From: Sulfurospirillaceae bacterium
GTDB taxonomy: Bacteria > Campylobacterota > Campylobacteria > Campylobacterales > Sulfurospirillaceae
NCBI GenBank assembly: GCA_033723415.1
Contig: JAWVXD010000003.1
Span: 32,001 to 96,000, forward strand
Length of the DNA: 64,000 nucleotides
Reading direction: 5' to 3'
In this document: piece by piece, positions 59,752-64,000 of the stretch
How the letters are laid out: every line of letters starts with the position of its first letter
How positions within the stretch are numbered: the first letter of the stretch is position 1
The notes under the pieces: model-generated
The model's input: the letters and a program-made list of their open reading frames with translations, nothing else
What the model was told of the DNA's origin: nothing
The model's database searches: none
Translations under genes and position numbers: made by a program

Positions 59752-60270
59752 TTAACGACGACGTTTAAAATTATCTTGATCTCCGTCTCTTTCTAGTCTT
59801 TGCATCCTATCTTCATATCTTTTTATAGCTGTTTGGATCTCAAATGCAAAGTCGTTTCCTATGATGTACTCATCTTTATCTTTAAAAAGACGAGTATAAT
59901 GATTTCTTGCAGCTTCGTTTTCCAGAGCACTTTCCAAAGTCTTGAATTTACCATGGGTTAAGCTTTCTAGGGTCATAGGAACATCTGTAAGTTCTCTATA
60001 TAATTCATGGTAAAAATCAAAAGGAATATAAGAAATCACATTTGACATTCTAAGCTGGCCGTTTACCTCTTTAAAGTGATACATAGTGATTTTTGCCAAT
60101 TTTCTATCATAGGTACTATAAGTTTTCGATGACATGAAATTTGTAATAGCAATATTGTCTTTTGGCAAAACAGCACTATTGATAGTCTTAGGATTTATCT
60201 GATAAGAGCATCCTGCTAAAACAAAGACACTTAGTAAAGTCAACAATGTATATTTGAAATATTTTTGCAT
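59752..60270 (-). CDS. Hypothetical lipoprotein
   Basis: Lipobox LAGC; GGAGG RBS. Confidence 0.75.
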   Translation of the reverse strand: MQKYFKYTLLTLLSVFVLAGCSYQINPKTINSAVLPKDNIAITNFMSSKTYSTYDRKLAKITMYHFKEVNGQLRMSNVISYIPFDFYHELYRELTDVPMTLESLTHGKFKTLESALENEAARNHYTRLFKDKDEYIIGNDFAFEIQTAIKRYEDRMQRLERDGDQDNFKRRR

Positions 60271-60438
60271 GATACACCTCCATTTTGATAACTAAATTTT
60301 AGCACTTTTTTGATAATAGAGATAATTTTTTGCAAATATTAACATTTATGTTCCCCTTAGATTATAATATTAACTGATATAATTAATACTTTGTTTTATA
60401 AAATATTATTATGATATAAAAAAACAAGGAGTTGATTT

Positions 60439-60864
60439 ATGAAGAAGTTGATTAGAAATATATTTTTGATGTTAGCACTGTCTTTTGCGAGCGTTTATGC
60501 CAATAGCAGTGTTATCCATAAAGTTGTTATACAGGTGAGTACCAATGATGTTAAGATGCAAAATATAGCGTTGAACAATGCCGTAAATTTGCAAAAATAT
60601 TATGGTATGGATAATGTAGTGGTTGAGGTTGTCGCTTATGGTCCAGGACTTAGTATTCTTACGAATAAAAGCAAATTTTCTAAAAGAGTTTCTAGCCTTG
60701 CTATGAGTGATATAAGATTTTCAGCTTGTCACAATACAATGCTTAAAATAAAGAAAAAAACTGGTAAATTACCACATTTGAGTGAGGGTGTAAAAATAGT
60801 ACCGGCAGGTGTTGTGCGCATTGCTGAACTAGAAGAACAAGGCTATGCTTACATTAGACCTTAA
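60439..60864 (+). CDS. Exported DsrE/DsrF-like protein
   Basis: Signal peptide; KVVIQVS, ALNNAVNL, VEVVAYGPGL, FSACHNTM, VPAGV..I.ELEEQGYAYIRP. Confidence 0.85.
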   Translation: MKKLIRNIFLMLALSFASVYANSSVIHKVVIQVSTNDVKMQNIALNNAVNLQKYYGMDNVVVEVVAYGPGLSILTNKSKFSKRVSSLAMSDIRFSACHNTMLKIKKKTGKLPHLSEGVKIVPAGVVRIAELEEQGYAYIRP

Positions 60865-60941
60865 AAATATCAATTAAGTGTATTAATCCACAAGTAAAAT
60901 ATGTAAACATTACAGAGCAACATTGTCTTTTGAAAAACACA

Positions 60942-60979
60942 TTTTTTGCCTCTTTTTTGCCTCTTTTTTCTTTTATACT
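60942..60979 (+). promoter_or_regulatory. 11-bp tandem direct repeat upstream of -10 of the molybdoenzyme operon
   Basis: TTTTTTGCCTC x2 (60942-60963), then TATACT (60974-60979). Confidence 0.55.
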
Positions 60980-61008
60980 GTTGTAAAATTTATGAAAAAG
61001 GACATAAA

Positions 61009-63396
61009 ATGAAGATTACAAGAAGAGGGTTTTTGAAAGGAAGTGTTGCTGCTACAGCTGTGTTGAGTACAAATTCAGTAAGTGCAACTGAATTATTCTC
61101 ACCTGTGAAAAAAATTCCCAATGCTAGTCATTTTGGAGCATTTTATGCATTTGTTCAAGACGGAAAGATCTTAGATATCGTTCCGCAAGAACCAGATGAT
61201 AGACCTGGTATGATGAAGGCATTAGTCGATAGAAATTATTCTAATTCCAGAGTCAAATATCCTTATGTAAGAAAATCTTTTTTAGAAGGAAAGGCAAATC
61301 ACAAAGAATACAGAGGGAATGATGAATTTATAAGAGTGAGCTGGGATAAAGCTTTAGATCTTGTTACAAGAGAACTTAAAAAAACACATAGAGATAATAT
61401 ATATAACGGTACGACAGATGGATGGGCTCATCCTGGTTTAGTCAATTATTGTCCAACAATAGCAGGTAGGTTTTTTAATATTGTCAAAGGAGGATCTGTT
61501 AATTCAGACGGAGATTATAGTGTTGGTGCTGCACTTCGTACCAATCCTACGATAGTAGGTGATATAGAGGTATATTCACTTCAAACTACACATGAACAGA
61601 TTTTGGCAAATACCAAAGTGTATGTTATGTGGGGAGCTGATCTGTTTAAAGACAATAAAATTGATTTTGCCGTGGCAAATCGTAAAAATGATGAGTACTT
61701 CTTAAAATATAAAAAATCCAATATCAAATTTATATCTATCGATCCTATTAAGACGCAAACTGCAAAAATGTTTGATGCAGAGTGTATTGCTATTCGTCCA
61801 AATACTGATGTTGCACTCATGCTTGGTATGATGCATCATCTTTATAAAACAAAAAAATATGATAAAAAATTTATAGATAAGTATACTGATGGATTTGAGC
61901 AATTTGTTCCGTATTTAACTGGTAAGACAGATGGTATTGCAAAAACTCCGGAATGGGCTGAAAAAATAACGGAAATATCTGCTAGTAAGATTAAAGAGTT
62001 AGCGGATTTATTTGTCTCTACTAGAACATTTATTGCCGGAAACTGGGCATTACAGAGAGCTCATCATGGTGAACAGGCACAATGGGGGATTATTACTTTA
62101 GCTTCCATGATAGGACAAATCGGGCTTCCAGGAGGAGGATTCGGCTTTTCTATGCATTATGGCGGCGGCGGACAAGCAGCTGCAGGTAAAGCAGGACCCG
62201 GAGGATTCTCTCAAGGTAGAAACAGAGTCAGTGCTATCATACCAGCCTCAAGGATTAACGAAACACTTTTGCATCCAGGTAAAGAAATTGATTTTACAGG
62301 AGAAAAAATCAAACTTCCAAAAATAAAATTGATGTATGTTGCAGGAGCAAATAATGTCGGTCATCAACAAAATGTCAACGAGTTGATAGAAGGATTAAAA
62401 ACATTAGATACTTTGATTGTTCAAGATCCATGGTGGACACCTACCGCAAAAATGGCAGATATTGTTCTCCCTTCTACGACAACACTGGAGAGAGATGATA
62501 TAAGTTTGTTGAGCGGTAGTTATTCCGGAGATAAGATTTATGCCATGAGAAAAGTAGTTGATAATCCTTATGAAGCAAAGGATGATTATGAAATTTACTC
62601 GCTATTGGCAAAAAGATTCAGTCAGAAAAAATATGACAAATTTACCGGCGGCAAAACTGCAATGGAACACATAAAATCTTTTTATGCACAATCCGATGCT
62701 GCAAAAACTACTACATTTGAAGAATTTTGGGAAAAAGGTTATGTGAAATATGATATCCCAAAAGAAGCATACAAATATGTAAGACATAGCTCTTTTAGAA
62801 AAGATCCTCTAAGAAATCCATTAAAAACAGAGAGTGGAAAGATTCAAATTTTTTCTAAAAAATTTGCCAGTTTTGGGTATAAAGATTTTAAGGGCCATGT
62901 TACTTGGTTTGAACCGGCAGAATATCTTGGAAGTAAAGATGTTGAAACATATCCTCTTCATCTACTCTCTCCACATGCTACATATAGAAAACATTCACAG
63001 TTGGATAATGTCTGGATAGCAGAATTATATAAGATTAAAGGTAGAGAACCTATTAGAATAAATCCAAAAGACGCAAAGAAATATGGGGTAAGCAACGGTG
63101 ATCTAGTGGAAGTATATAATGCTCGTGGAAAACTATTAGCCGGTGCAGTAGTTACTGATGATATTAGAGAAGGAGTTGTCGCTATTGAAGAAGGAGCTTG
63201 GTATAGTCCAGAAAATTCTGCAATTAAAAAGAGTAGAGGAAACAGCGGTAATGTTAACGTATTGACATCTTCTAGGCCTACCTCGCAAATGTCACAATCT
63301 TGTACGGCCAATACAACACTGGTGGCTATTAGAAAAGCAGAAGGCGTCATAACACCAAATCAAGCTCATTTGATGCCTAAAGTAGCAAAAATTTAG
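61009..63396 (+). CDS. Tat-exported bis-MGD molybdoenzyme of the TorA/DorA/BisC family (N-/S-oxide reductase)
   Basis: Start MKITRRGFLK at 61009 after AAAGGA; ASHFG, RVKYPYVRK, GDYS (Ser Mo ligand), TAKMADIVLP, HSQL; no N-terminal Fe-S motif. Confidence 0.9.
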   Translation: MKITRRGFLKGSVAATAVLSTNSVSATELFSPVKKIPNASHFGAFYAFVQDGKILDIVPQEPDDRPGMMKALVDRNYSNSRVKYPYVRKSFLEGKANHKEYRGNDEFIRVSWDKALDLVTRELKKTHRDNIYNGTTDGWAHPGLVNYCPTIAGRFFNIVKGGSVNSDGDYSVGAALRTNPTIVGDIEVYSLQTTHEQILANTKVYVMWGADLFKDNKIDFAVANRKNDEYFLKYKKSNIKFISIDPIKTQTAKMFDAECIAIRPNTDVALMLGMMHHLYKTKKYDKKFIDKYTDGFEQFVPYLTGKTDGIAKTPEWAEKITEISASKIKELADLFVSTRTFIAGNWALQRAHHGEQAQWGIITLASMIGQIGLPGGGFGFSMHYGGGGQAAAGKAGPGGFSQGRNRVSAIIPASRINETLLHPGKEIDFTGEKIKLPKIKLMYVAGANNVGHQQNVNELIEGLKTLDTLIVQDPWWTPTAKMADIVLPSTTTLERDDISLLSGSYSGDKIYAMRKVVDNPYEAKDDYEIYSLLAKRFSQKKYDKFTGGKTAMEHIKSFYAQSDAAKTTTFEEFWEKGYVKYDIPKEAYKYVRHSSFRKDPLRNPLKTESGKIQIFSKKFASFGYKDFKGHVTWFEPAEYLGSKDVETYPLHLLSPHATYRKHSQLDNVWIAELYKIKGREPIRINPKDAKKYGVSNGDLVEVYNARGKLLAGAVVTDDIREGVVAIEEGAWYSPENSAIKKSRGNSGNVNVLTSSRPTSQMSQSCTANTTLVAIRKAEGVITPNQAHLMPKVAKI

Positions 63397-63418
63397 ATTA
63401 TTAAGAAGGAGATACAAT

Positions 63419-63976
63419 ATGAAATTTTTTTATATGATAATCATGATATGTTGCTTCTTTGGAGCAAATATGCAAGCAGAATCATATATATATACAAATG
63501 GGAAAGCATCGCTTTCCCTCCCAAGTAAAGGTGTAACCCTATATAATGGTGTTCCCGTACAAATCATATCCAAACAGGGAAATAACGTAAAAATTAAAAT
63601 TAAAGGATTTGTTGCAAAAAATGATACGACAAAACTGTATGCAACTACAAATAGAAGTCTTTTATTGGCAAGTGTAAAAAATAAAAAAAATTTGATTAAG
63701 GTTTCTAAAGGGGAAGGGATTCTAGTAATTAATGTTCCAAAGAATATTTTGACTGATGATATGGATGAAGCGTGGGAAACAAACTCTGATCTTTTTTATG
63801 ATAAGTGTACTAAATGTCACCATGCAAAGGTTATTAAAAACCATACTATGATGGAATGGGAAGCTATATTCGGCAGTATGAAACAAAAAGCAAAGACTTC
63901 AAATAAGCAAAATAAACTTATCATAAGATTTTTAAAAGCATTTGCAAAAGATGGAATACTCACAGAAAGTAATTAG
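63419..63976 (+). CDS. Monoheme cytochrome c, likely electron donor to the molybdoenzyme
   Basis: Signal peptide; C-terminal CTKCH ... W..IFGSM resembling the TorC C-terminal heme domain. Confidence 0.82.
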   Translation: MKFFYMIIMICCFFGANMQAESYIYTNGKASLSLPSKGVTLYNGVPVQIISKQGNNVKIKIKGFVAKNDTTKLYATTNRSLLLASVKNKKNLIKVSKGEGILVINVPKNILTDDMDEAWETNSDLFYDKCTKCHHAKVIKNHTMMEWEAIFGSMKQKAKTSNKQNKLIIRFLKAFAKDGILTESN

Positions 63977-64000
63977 TGTTTATAAACACTAATTACTTTC

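Noticed and set aside
60946..61008. N-terminal extension of the molybdoenzyme in the ORF track; similar extensions at 2121, 10566, 11783, 12578, 39341 and 57293
   Set aside because: Longest-ORF artefacts; RBS positions and signal peptides indicate downstream starts

Overview
AT-rich chromosomal window from a Campylobacterota (epsilonproteobacterial) bacterium, possibly Sulfurospirillum-like. This is inferred from the extended -10 promoters, the HQWRQPL-type kinase, and the gene orders ffh-rpsP-khpA-rimM-trmD-rplS and truB-csrA-ispE-smpB-clpS-clpA-aat. The centre (about 7.1-39.6 kb) is a nitrogen-oxide respiration region with four parts. (1) A clade II nos cluster with cytochrome-c-fused NosZ (nosZ-B-D-G-C1-C2-H-F-L-Y), continued by an uncharacterised tail: two NosL-like genes, a small membrane protein, a LolE/LolD-type ABC transporter, a Cys/His-motif membrane protein, a stand-alone PAS protein and a Crp/Fnr regulator. 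(2) A NarX/PilJ-like PAS histidine kinase and response regulator beside nosZ, followed by two more divergent NosL-domain genes. (3) A MoxR/vWA (Bat-type) operon. (4) A proteobacterial-type norCBDQEF operon divergent from an Fe-S Rrf2 regulator. Cis-elements read directly from the sequence: Nss/Fnr-type boxes 22 bp upstream of the -10 at both nosZ and nosB, a perfect 23-bp inverted pair of candidate operators flanking the norC -10, and a 42-bp palindrome between the divergent nosL genes. The right part holds an orphan RND pump, two glycine-zipper proteins, cls, pyrB, uvrD, housekeeping genes, amrS/amrB, a DsrE-like protein and a Tat-exported TorA/BisC-family molybdoenzyme with a monoheme cytochrome c. 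I recognised no rRNA, tRNA, CRISPR array or mobile element. All calls come from motif recognition, with no database searches.
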